Shown one piece after another: positions 50,909-60,076 of a DNA stretch of 64,000 nucleotides (positions within the stretch are counted from its first letter, which is position 1; each line of letters begins with the position of its first letter). The stretch comes from Thecamonas trahens ATCC 50062. Its lineage: Eukaryota > Protista > Apusomonadida. The notes beneath the pieces were generated by a model. That model saw only the letters and a list, made by a program, of their open reading frames with translations. It made no database searches and was not told where the DNA came from. The stretch lies in the NCBI RefSeq assembly GCF_000142905.1, contig NW_013657658.1, positions 310,001 to 374,000 on the forward strand, given 5' to 3'. The translations under genes and the position numbers were made by a program.

Positions 50909-53900
50909 ATGGACGTGGTGTCGTACCTTGCACAGCTCGACGCCGAGGCCAGTGCCGAGGCGGGGGCTGGGAGCGCAAGCAGCGGTGGCTACCAAGTCCC
51001 TCCTGTCCTGGCCGGGCTGGAGATGGTGGAACACGGCGGGCCGACGGGCGGGGCGGGGCTGGTGGTGGTGGACGGCCTGTGCGGCGGGGCGGGCAAGGCA
51101 TGGGCGACCTCGACGGTAGACACCCCGCTGGGTGTGCCAGACATGGACGTGGTGGTGGGAAACGGGATGAGCAAGCACTACACGCTGCTGCAGGGCGCGG
51201 CAGGCGCAGGCGCCCCGCACACTTCGCTCGACTACCAGCTGGCGCTCTCGTCGCTGCTCGACGCACCGACCTCGGGCCCGAGCACCCGGATTGAGCCGCT
51301 CTTTGCCGTGGTACCCGATGGAGCGAGTGTGCCGGTTGTGACCGGGTACGCCGAGGCGAGCGCCGATGCTGCGCAGGAGACCGCGGCCAACTCGGGCTCA
51401 CTGCTCCGGGCGCCGTCGGCGGCGGGCTCGTTTGTGCGCGGCTCGGCGTCGCAACGGCCGTTTGCGCCTGGCGCCGGGACCAAAGCGGTGCTTCCGGTCG
51501 GGGCGCGGAGTAGTGGAGCGGGATCGCTCGGCCTGGCGGCGTTTGTCGGTGACGACGTCGACGCCGACGCGGTGCTCGAGGGCAGTGCGTCGACCAAGGT
51601 GGAGGACGGGAAGAGCTCGGGCGGCAACCGTGTGGCGTCGGGCTGGGCGGTGGAGGCCGACGAGGGCGATGGCTTTACGCGGGTGGTGGATGAGCAGAGT
51701 GCGGCCGAGTGGGCGGTGCTGGACGAGTCGAACACGTCCGAGTTCCACAGCGTGGTGCCAGACATGGCGATGAAGTACCCGTTCGAGCTGGATCCGTTCC
51801 AGAAGCGCGCGGTTATGCATTTGGAGCGCGGCGAGAACGTGTTTGTGGCAGCGCACACTTCGGCTGGCAAGACGGTGGTTGCCGAGTACGCCATCTCGCT
51901 CTCACAGAAGCACATGACGCGGGCGATCTACACTTCGCCAATCAAGGCGCTGTCGAACCAAAAGTTCCGCGACTTTTCCGAGACCTTTGACGACGTCGGT
52001 CTACTCACCGGCGATGTGCAGATCCATCCCGAGGCGACGTGCCTGATCATGACGACGGAGATTTTGCGGTCAATGCTGTACAAGGGTGCGGACCTCATTC
52101 GCGACGTCGAGTGGGTCATTTTCGACGAGGTCCACTACGTCAACGACCTCGAGCGCGGAGTGGTGTGGGAAGAGGTCATCATCATGCTCCCAGACCATGT
52201 TGGGCTCATCATGCTCTCGGCCACGGTGGCCAACACCTTTGAGTTTGCAGACTGGATCGGGCGGACCAAGAAGCGGCCAGTGTACGTGGTGTCGACCGAC
52301 AAGCGGCCAGTCCCGCTCGCACACTTTGCCTTTGTCCGCGACGAGCTCTTCCCGCTTGTCGACGCTGGGCGCAACTTTAACGACGCAGGCTACTCGGCGG
52401 CGCTGCGCAAGTTCCATCGGGCCGAGGCTGAGGATGGCGGCGGATCGAGCTCGGGCGGGTCGCGGCGGGGCGGACAACCGCAGTGGCGGCTCAAGGCCAA
52501 GGCCGCGCGCGAGCAGTGGAACAACATGGTGCGCTTCCTGGCAGCCGAGGGCCTGCTCCCGTGCGTGGTGTTTTCATTCTCGAAGAAGGTGTGCGAGCAG
52601 GTGGCCGGCGGCCTCGCCAACATCTCGCTCGTCTCGTCGACCGAGGCCTCGGCCATCCACCGGTTCATCGAGGAGTGTCTGCTGCGGCTCGAGCCTGCCG
52701 ACCGCGAGCTGCCGCAGGTCCTGCGGACCCGCGAGTTGCTCAAGCGCGGTATCGGCGTCCACCACGGCGGCATGCTGCCGATTGTCAAGGAGATGGTGGA
52801 GATGCTCTTTGGCCGCGGGCTGTGCAAGATCCTGTTTGCCACCGAGACCTTTGCCATGGGCGTCAACATGCCGGCCAAGTGCGTGGTGTTCAACCAGCTC
52901 CGCAAGCACGACGGGACGCAGTTCCGCGGCCTGCTTCCGGGCGAGTATACGCAGATGGCTGGACGGGCCGGGCGGCGCGGGCTCGACACTGTCGGCACAG
53001 TCATCATCAATGCTGCCAAGTCGCTGCCGGAAGCCTCTGAGCTCATCCACATGATTCTGGGCAAGCCGTACGCGCTCGAGTCGCAGTTCCGGCTCACCTA
53101 CAACATGATCCTCAACCTGCTGCGGGTCGAGGATCTCAAGGTCGAAGACATGATCAAGCGCTCGTTCTCCGAGGCTGACAACGCGTCGGCGCGGCCCGAG
53201 CTGGTGGCCAAGCTCCAGTCGCAGCTTGCCGAGCTCGAAGCGCTCGAGCCGATCGCCTGCCTCCTTGACGGCACGGCGCCGGCTATCGAAGAGTACCACC
53301 TGCTTGCGGCCGAGGGCCGCGACCTCGGCTCCTACCTCAACGCGACGGTGCTCGGCTCGCGGGCGTCGCGCTCGCTGCTGACTTGCGGACGGGTGGTGGT
53401 TCTTGACTCGCCGTACGGGCCAACGCTCGGAGTGGTCCTGCGGTTCTTTGTTGATGTGGCGGGAGCCGCGGCTGCGGGCGCGCCGAGGGCGTCGGCCTCG
53501 CTAGCATCGTTCCTCGGCGGCATCGACCTCGGCGCCAGCGGCTCGGCCGCGACCTCGGTGGTCCATGCCCTCGTCCTCGACTACGCCGAAGAGTGCAATG
53601 CGCCCGAGGTGGTCATCCATCCGTGGGCCGGGCTCTGGCTCCCGCCGCGGAGCGGGTTTGTCGGCTCGGTCGTCTCGATCAAGGCGTCCAAGATCCGCGG
53701 TGTGACCCACGACGTGCTCGACGGCATGTCGCCGCGCAAGCTTCTTGACGAGCGCGACGCCGATGCGGTGGCGGACGCCGCCGTACTGCTGTACAACCAC
53801 GCGGCACAGGTGGCCGCGACGACGGCTGGCGGCGAGACGCCGGCACGGCTCGACATTGTCACACCCTCGACGCTGAGCAGCAGCGGCTCGCTGGGCGACA

Positions 53901-54673
53901 TCGACGTGGCGGAGAAAGAGTCGGCATACAGCCGGGTTGTCGCCGCGCTCTCGGCGTCCAAGTGCCACACCTGCCCGCATCTCTGCTCACAGTTTGAGCG
54001 GGCGGCGCACGAGCACAAGCTCAAGAAGTCCGCCAATGCGCTCGCCAACAGCCTCTCAGACGACTCGCTCATGCTCATGCCCGACTACCAGCAGCGGGTT
54101 GCTGTCCTGCAAATGCTGCAGTACGTGTCGGACGACGAGACAGTCCTGCTCAAGGGCCGGGTGGCGTGCGAGATCAACGCGTGCGACGAGCTCATTGTGG
54201 CCGAGCTCATCTTTGACAACATGCTCACCGGGCTCGATCCAGCGCACATTGTGGCGCTCCTCTCGGTCCTGCTTTTCCAAGGCAAGACCGACGTCGAGCC
54301 GGTTCTGCCAGAAGTGCTGAAGGAGGCTAAGGAGTCCCTCGTCGAGCTCACGACAAGGCTCGGCTTGCTGCAGGCCGAACTGGGTCTCGACCTCGATCCG
54401 GCGGCGTACGTTGCCAACTCGCTCAACTTTGGCCTCATGGAGGTTGTCTACCAGTGGGCGCTCGGCAAGCCGTTTGTCGAGATCTGTGCGCTCACCGACG
54501 TGCTCGAGGGCTCGATTGTCCGCTGCATCGTGCGGCTCGATGACGCCTGCCGTGAAGTCCGCAACGCTGCGCGGGTCATCGGCAACGCCGAGCTCTTTGC
54601 CAAGATGGAGGACGCGTCGCTGCGAATCAAGCGCGACATTGCCTTTGCGCCGTCGCTCTATCTGGCGCCGTAG
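50909..54673 (+). CDS. SKI2: Ski2 (SKIV2L) DExH RNA helicase of the cytoplasmic exosome SKI complex
   Basis: YPFELDPFQK, AHTSAGKT, SPIKALSNQK, DEVHYVNDLERGVVWEE, LSAT, TETFAMGVNMP, QMAGRAGRRG, C-terminal IKRDIAFAPSLY. The N-terminal GSFVRGSASQRPFAPG and the AHTSAGKT/YKGADLIRD context favour Ski2 over Mtr4. Confidence 0.93.
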   Translation: MDVVSYLAQLDAEASAEAGAGSASSGGYQVPPVLAGLEMVEHGGPTGGAGLVVVDGLCGGAGKAWATSTVDTPLGVPDMDVVVGNGMSKHYTLLQGAAGAGAPHTSLDYQLALSSLLDAPTSGPSTRIEPLFAVVPDGASVPVVTGYAEASADAAQETAANSGSLLRAPSAAGSFVRGSASQRPFAPGAGTKAVLPVGARSSGAGSLGLAAFVGDDVDADAVLEGSASTKVEDGKSSGGNRVASGWAVEADEGDGFTRVVDEQSAAEWAVLDESNTSEFHSVVPDMAMKYPFELDPFQKRAVMHLERGENVFVAAHTSAGKTVVAEYAISLSQKHMTRAIYTSPIKALSNQKFRDFSETFDDVGLLTGDVQIHPEATCLIMTTEILRSMLYKGADLIRDVEWVIFDEVHYVNDLERGVVWEEVIIMLPDHVGLIMLSATVANTFEFADWIGRTKKRPVYVVSTDKRPVPLAHFAFVRDELFPLVDAGRNFNDAGYSAALRKFHRAEAEDGGGSSSGGSRRGGQPQWRLKAKAAREQWNNMVRFLAAEGLLPCVVFSFSKKVCEQVAGGLANISLVSSTEASAIHRFIEECLLRLEPADRELPQVLRTRELLKRGIGVHHGGMLPIVKEMVEMLFGRGLCKILFATETFAMGVNMPAKCVVFNQLRKHDGTQFRGLLPGEYTQMAGRAGRRGLDTVGTVIINAAKSLPEASELIHMILGKPYALESQFRLTYNMILNLLRVEDLKVEDMIKRSFSEADNASARPELVAKLQSQLAELEALEPIACLLDGTAPAIEEYHLLAAEGRDLGSYLNATVLGSRASRSLLTCGRVVVLDSPYGPTLGVVLRFFVDVAGAAAAGAPRASASLASFLGGIDLGASGSAATSVVHALVLDYAEECNAPEVVIHPWAGLWLPPRSGFVGSVVSIKASKIRGVTHDVLDGMSPRKLLDERDADAVADAAVLLYNHAAQVAATTAGGETPARLDIVTPSTLSSSGSLGDIDVAEKESAYSRVVAALSASKCHTCPHLCSQFERAAHEHKLKKSANALANSLSDDSLMLMPDYQQRVAVLQMLQYVSDDETVLLKGRVACEINACDELIVAELIFDNMLTGLDPAHIVALLSVLLFQGKTDVEPVLPEVLKEAKESLVELTTRLGLLQAELGLDLDPAAYVANSLNFGLMEVVYQWALGKPFVEICALTDVLEGSIVRCIVRLDDACREVRNAARVIGNAELFAKMEDASLRIKRDIAFAPSLYLAP

Positions 54674-54701
54674 TAAGCGTAGCATGTCTTTAAGGCACCG
54701 A

Positions 54702-55432
54702 CTATGCAAAGGGGTTGATCCGCGCAAAGATGGCCTGCCCGCGGAAGAAGTGAAAGGCCGAACCGGCAATGTGCAGCGGGAGCAGGTAGGTGAGAGCCTG
54801 GCCGGCGTTTGAATGGAGCCAGTATGCGTTCTTGGCCAGCGACTTGCGCGGGGCATCGGTGCCCGGGATAGTCCAACCAAAGAATGGCAAGCCCTTGCCG
54901 CCAAAGTAGCCCATGGTGACGCCAGACACGGCCATGCCTGAGACGAGCACGTAGAGCGCCTTGTGCGAGAGGTCGGCGCCGAGCCGCTCGACCGCCGAGC
55001 CCGGAAGAGGTGCCGGGATCTTTTGGCCAGGTACGCCTGAAGGCGGATGGCGATGCGCGGTCCCATGGCGAGGAAGGTCAGCAGGCCGCACGTCTTGTGG
55101 ACCGTCATCAGCAGTCCGTGCATCTCCTTGTCGTCCTTGTCCACCAGCTGTCGCCGGATCTGGATGGTGCCGACGCATCCGAGCCCGGCCGTTGCTGCCA
55201 CGCCCCAATGGAGCCACTTGAGAGCGTTCGGATATGACTCGGGCGGCGGCGGCGGCGGCGGCGGCGTGCCGCCGTTTGCCGCCGGCGTCGTTCCTGCCGC
55301 GCGGGCGTTGGTCGCCGCGGAGGGCTTCGAGAAGAGCGTGCGCGCGAGCGGGACCGGGGTGGCGCTGCGGGCCACAGACACGGTAGCGAGTGCGGTACGG
55401 CGGGTGAGGTTCGAGACAATTGACGTGAGCAT
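54702..55432 (-). CDS. Prokaryotic-type di-heme cytochrome b561 (CybB/YceJ family) with mitochondrial-type presequence (~243 aa after one frameshift repair)
   Basis: YPNALKWLHW, MTVHKTCGLL, RIAIR, SHKALY, GLPFFGWTIP, WLHSNAG, PLHIAGSAFH. Adding one A at TTTT 55021-55024 joins the two frames. N-terminus MLTSIVSNLTRRTALATVSVARS is R/S/T/A-rich with no acidic residues. Confidence 0.8.
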
Positions 55433-56380
55433 GGCCGTGGATATTGAGTGCAGTGTGGGGGGCAGGGTGGGCGACTTCGCCACTGTAAGGCGGAGGCAGT
55501 CTTGTTCGATGGCGTCATGAAGGAATTAGGAGGTCGCGAGGCGACGGAGAGCGGCGTCGCGCGATTCGCTCTAACGCTCTGTCTCGCACAAGTACCAGTA
55601 TGACCATAGGCGATACGTGTAGCCTGCAGTATGTACTAATAAAGGCGCATAGTAGCATCAGTGAGAACGGTCTCTAGATAGAGTATAGGGGAGAAACCAG
55701 CTGGGCCTCCCAGGAGAGGCTGACAGGCGCAAGAAGGGCCTAACAAAGACGTAACTTGTGGACTAATATTATATAATTGTAGTATTGTAAAACTATAGAT
55801 ATATATCTGTCATGGCAGTTTTAAAAAATATATCATGTTTCACAGTTCAGTATATATAAAACTATTATATTTGGTTTTTCGACAACAATATTTGATACTT
55901 TTTACGTTTGCCGCGTGCGGCCGGTGCCCCCACACACCCACCACAACGACCAGGGGGCTGGTCCCCACACACCCAGGCAAGCACACAAGCAAGCAGCTAC
56001 CCAGCTACACACTCAGAATCAACCGCCTCGCGCCGCACGGTGCACGCAACAGAACAACACGACTGCCCGGGCTCATTGCTCAGCAAAATAGTTAGTAACT
56101 AGCCAATATCGGTGACAGCTCCAAGAGTCGCCACTCCACATCGCTGCGTATTCGACACGTTCACGCACCGATCTCAGACATTTATCCAGCTCTACACGTA
56201 CAGCGCTTCCCAGCCATGCGGTTGATACTCTTTGTATCTTCATATGCGGTCTCTATCGGCCTCATGCGCCCGATTCCCAAGATCAGAGTCCCCTGCAGCG
56301 GGCGGAGAAACTAAAACCGCCACTCTTCACTCCATGGCGCCATAGGCAATCATGGCTGGCGTCAGAGATTCCTGTCGCAG

Positions 56381-56387
56381 TATAAGA
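56381..56387 (+). promoter_or_regulatory. Possible TATA box of the SDR gene
   Basis: TATAAGA about 75 bp upstream of ATG 56458, followed by a C/A-rich leader. Confidence 0.35.
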
Positions 56388-56457
56388 CCGCTGCCTGCCA
56401 GCGAGTAAGCTCACTCAATCCATCTCGACATCCACTACAACACACTCTTCCATCAAC

Positions 56458-57330
56458 ATGTCCAAGGTCATCTTTGTCACCGGCGCCACGTCCGGATTCG
56501 GCAAGCTTATCACGGAGACACTCTCTGCGCAGGGCCACACCATCATCGCCACCGGGCGTAACCTCGAGGGCAAGAACGCCGAGGCTGCGGCTGAGCTGCG
56601 CGCGCTCGCCAACGTGCACGTCGTCGAGCTTGATGCGACGTCGACCGAGTCGGTCGATGCCGCGGTGGCGGCCGGCATTGCGGCAGCCGGCCCGATCGAC
56701 GTTGTCATCAACAACGCCGGTGCTGGCATCGGCGCAGGTCTCACTGAGGCCGTCACGCCCGAGCAGCTTGCGCAGCAGCTCGATGTCAACGTCGTCGGCG
56801 TCCACCGCGTCGTCCGCGCGGTTCTCCCGGGCCTCCGTGCCCAGGGCTCGGGCCACATCATCAACATCTCGTCGATTGTCGGACGCAAGGTCCTTCCGTT
56901 CATGAGCGCCTACGTCGCGTCCAAGTACGCGCTCGAGGCATACTCGGAGGCACTCCGCTACGAGGTCGGCCAGCTCGGCATCATCGTCTCGGTTGTCGAG
57001 CCCGGAGGATTCGGCACCAACTTTTTCGGCGCCATGAGCTCTGCAGCCGACTCGGAGCGCGCAGCGTCGTACGGCGAGGAGATCTCCTCGTTCCCGGCCA
57101 AGTTCTTTGACGGCTTCAGCAAGGCCGTGACCGCAGAGGACGCCCCGAGCCCGCAGCTTGTCGCCGATGCCGTCTCGGGCCTCATCGAGGCCGGCAAGGA
57201 CCGCCAGTTCCGCACCGTGGTCGATCCGCTCAACGGCGGCTCGCCCGACCTCGTCAACATCAACGAGGTTGCTGAGGAGTCGGCCAAGGCCACCTACAAC
57301 GCCATCGGTCTCCCCCACCTCTTCAACTAA
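56458..57330 (+). CDS. Classical short-chain dehydrogenase/reductase
   Basis: TGATSGFG, DVVINNAG, IINISS, YVASK (56911-56925), VEPGGFGT. Confidence 0.93.
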   Translation: MSKVIFVTGATSGFGKLITETLSAQGHTIIATGRNLEGKNAEAAAELRALANVHVVELDATSTESVDAAVAAGIAAAGPIDVVINNAGAGIGAGLTEAVTPEQLAQQLDVNVVGVHRVVRAVLPGLRAQGSGHIINISSIVGRKVLPFMSAYVASKYALEAYSEALRYEVGQLGIIVSVVEPGGFGTNFFGAMSSAADSERAASYGEEISSFPAKFFDGFSKAVTAEDAPSPQLVADAVSGLIEAGKDRQFRTVVDPLNGGSPDLVNINEVAEESAKATYNAIGLPHLFN

Positions 57331-58046
57331 ACCCTCCCTTGGTTCTGGTGGCACACATATCGCACACACACAAACACGCACACACACACCGCGACGACAA
57401 CCAGACGCGCGCGCTCGCGGCGGACGCTCTCGTAGTCGTAGTGGAGGGACATAAGCATGACTGAGACGACAATGTAGCAATGGCGACGGCGGCGGTGAGG
57501 TCCTCGCTCGTCCACTGCGCCGAAGCCTGCGCGCCGCCACTGACCTTGGACGTCGACACGGCCCACGCATCATCGTGGTCGCCGCGGCGCGCGGCAGCCG
57601 TACTTGCAGCCACGGCAGGCGCACGCTCACATCGGGACCGCAGTCGAGCCGGCCGGAACAAACGGAGCAGCGAGGATGACGTAGCTGCCCTCGCTCGACG
57701 CGACTTGCGACGCTGGCCGTCATCGCCAAGCGAATACTCTCGACAACGCTATTCCGCCCGTAGGTTTGTGTGGTCCGCTGTGGGTGAGAGGGAGGAGAGA
57801 ATTGGCCGCAATGTGTTTGTTGCGCGTCTCTACGCCATGGCGTAAATGGGGTGAAGGGAGAGTGGGGGGTGGGGCGGGGGTGGCTGTGTAACGATGGGCG
57901 GGTGGGTACGGGGGAGGGTGTGCGGGGCGCTGCCTGAGGCCAGCGGAGGAGGATCAGATCTCCGTCCACCGACGCCAGTCCGGGCGCATGAGCCCAGCCT
58001 GCGAGCGTGTGATGCTGGGCAGGGGGCGGGCCAAACGAGACCAAGC

Positions 58047-58469
58047 TTAGGCCTTGTTCTCCCACGGATCGACGCAGAGCTCCGGGGCGGGCGGGGCATT
58101 GCGGTCGTGCTTCGAGCCGCCGGGGTTGACGTTGACTGCACGAGGGGAAGCAGGTATGTGGCGTGAGTTCAGGGCAGTGGGAGAGAGGGAAGGAAGAGGG
58201 GAAATGGGTTGGAGGGAGGAGGAGGAACGTACAGACGTAGGGCTCGGGATGCTGGTGCTCAAAGAGCCACTCGTCGCCCTCCTGAAGCATCTTCTGGATG
58301 GCGACCGAGTCGGTCACCTCCTTCCGCGAGTCAAAGACAGCCCGGACTTCGGCAGCCTTCTCGAAGAAGATCGGCCGGTGGACAGCCCAGTCCATGGTGG
58401 TCTTGAGGACGTTGCGGTACATGGTCTTGACACGCGCCACGTGCGCAGCACTGCGAGCAAGCGACGCCA
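58047..58469 (-). CDS. NDUFB9: NADH:ubiquinone oxidoreductase subunit B22 (LYR family); intron 58136-58232; first exon unresolved
   Basis: HVARVKTMYRNVLKTTMDWAVHRPIF..., and splicing GTACGT...CTCAC...TGCAG gives HQHPEPYVFNVNPGGSKHDRN, matching the HPxPY...PGGxxxxR motif of NDUFB9. Confidence 0.85.
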
Positions 58470-59057
58470 CTGCAGTTCCCGCACCCAGCCACCCATTGTC
58501 CCCAACAAAACCACATATCCATCCACAGCCCACGCCGCCAGCATTGCCCATCACTCTGCTGTGTGAGTCACCGCCGCCCGTGCCCCCTCGAGGCTTGCCG
58601 CTTCGGCCCGCTCCCCCGACCTCCCGCTCGTCCTCACGGCATTCCTCGAGGCCTCCTCTCCATGCTGCACGTCTATAGCGCCACCTGTACGTTCTCCACC
58701 ATGCCCTTGCTGCCAGCCTACCACGCTCCGCACGCTCTTCCGCCGCCGCCGCCGCCCCTCTGCCGCCTTGCCCATGCCCACCCCCTCCGCGATGATCCCA
58801 ATTTTTGCCCAGACGGAGCGGGGCACGCCACCAGCCGCCAGCCATGGCCATGCCGACCACGCCTAGACCACATCCAGGACCGGCTCCCCCTCCTCCCCTT
58901 CGGCTTCTCCCTCTCCCCCCATACGCGTGTACGTACTCTTCTATGTGTTGAAGCAGTGGAGTGTGCCACCCCACCCCCCTCACCCGCCCCTGCCTCCGCG
59001 CCGCCGACCGACCACAGGGCCCGACCAGCCGACTGGAGCCAGCCCGCGGCTGCAGCA

Positions 59058-59987
59058 ATGGAGCCCTGGAGCAGACGGCCACAGTCGACGCCACCTCCGC
59101 ACATGCGGTACACGACCATCACCACGGCCCGTCCGGCCACCACGCCCAACACGCTGGTCATCACCCTGGCGCGGCCTGCGGTGAAGAACGCGTTTAACCA
59201 GGCCATGTACGCCGACATGACCGCCGCCCTCGACGACGCCGCACACAGCGACGAGGTCGCGGTGGTGGTCATCACCGGCGCAGGGAGCTTCTTCTCCTCG
59301 GGCGCTGACCTCAAGGAGATGGCGGAGATGGCAGGCCCGCCGCTGGGATCGGACGACAGTGACGACGACGACGGCGACGATAACAAGCTCGCCCGCTCTG
59401 CCGCCACTCCGCGGACCCGCGGCTGGCACGCGCCTGTCGGCCGGTTCATGTCGCGGATCATCACCTTTCCCAAGATCCTCATTGCTGCCGTCAACGGGCC
59501 GGCCGTCGGCGTCGGAGCCACCCTCCTGCTTCACTGCGATGTGGTCGTTGCCGCCGAGTCGGCCTCGATGTGGCTCCCGTTTGCCCGCATCGCCGTCGTT
59601 CCCGAGTTCTGCTCCTCGCTCCTCTTGCCCAAGATCCTCGGGCCAAGCCTCGCCGGCGAGATGCTGTATGCGCAGGCCAAGCTGACCGCCCCTGCCGCTG
59701 CCCGCGCGAACTGGGTCTCTACGCTTGTGCCCGAGCCGGCCGACGTCCTCCCTGCCGCCCTCGAGTGTGCGCAGCGGATGACGGCGCCGCCGCTCGCTTC
59801 CGACTCGCTCGCCCTCTTCAAGGCCATGGTCCGCGATGCCGACCGTCCTACGCTGCTCGCACTGTGCGAGCGCGAGCTGGACCTCCTCGACATGCGCATT
59901 GACAACGGCGACGTCGCCCGCGCCGCCATGGCCTTTATGATGGGCCGCGGCAGCGCCTCGGCCCTCCCGCCGCTCTCCAAGCTCTGA
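59058..59987 (+). CDS. Crotonase-family enoyl-CoA delta-isomerase/hydratase (ECI2-like), peroxisomal
   Basis: ITLARPAVKNAF, FFSSGADL, FPKILIAAVNGPAVGVGATLLLHCD, VPEFCSS; C-terminal SKL (PTS1). Confidence 0.88.
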   Translation: MEPWSRRPQSTPPPHMRYTTITTARPATTPNTLVITLARPAVKNAFNQAMYADMTAALDDAAHSDEVAVVVITGAGSFFSSGADLKEMAEMAGPPLGSDDSDDDDGDDNKLARSAATPRTRGWHAPVGRFMSRIITFPKILIAAVNGPAVGVGATLLLHCDVVVAAESASMWLPFARIAVVPEFCSSLLLPKILGPSLAGEMLYAQAKLTAPAAARANWVSTLVPEPADVLPAALECAQRMTAPPLASDSLALFKAMVRDADRPTLLALCERELDLLDMRIDNGDVARAAMAFMMGRGSASALPPLSKL

Positions 59988-60076
59988 CTCTCCCCCATGC
60001 ATGCCATTGAATGGCACGTTGTCATTCAATTGAATACCAGCCTCTTGCCACGCCACACTCGTCGCTCAAGCGCAGC

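Noticed and set aside
56362-59094. 910-aa minus-strand ORF
   Set aside because: Chance read-through of the NDUFB9 exon, its introns, intergenic DNA and the antisense of the SDR; only the LYR segment looks real.
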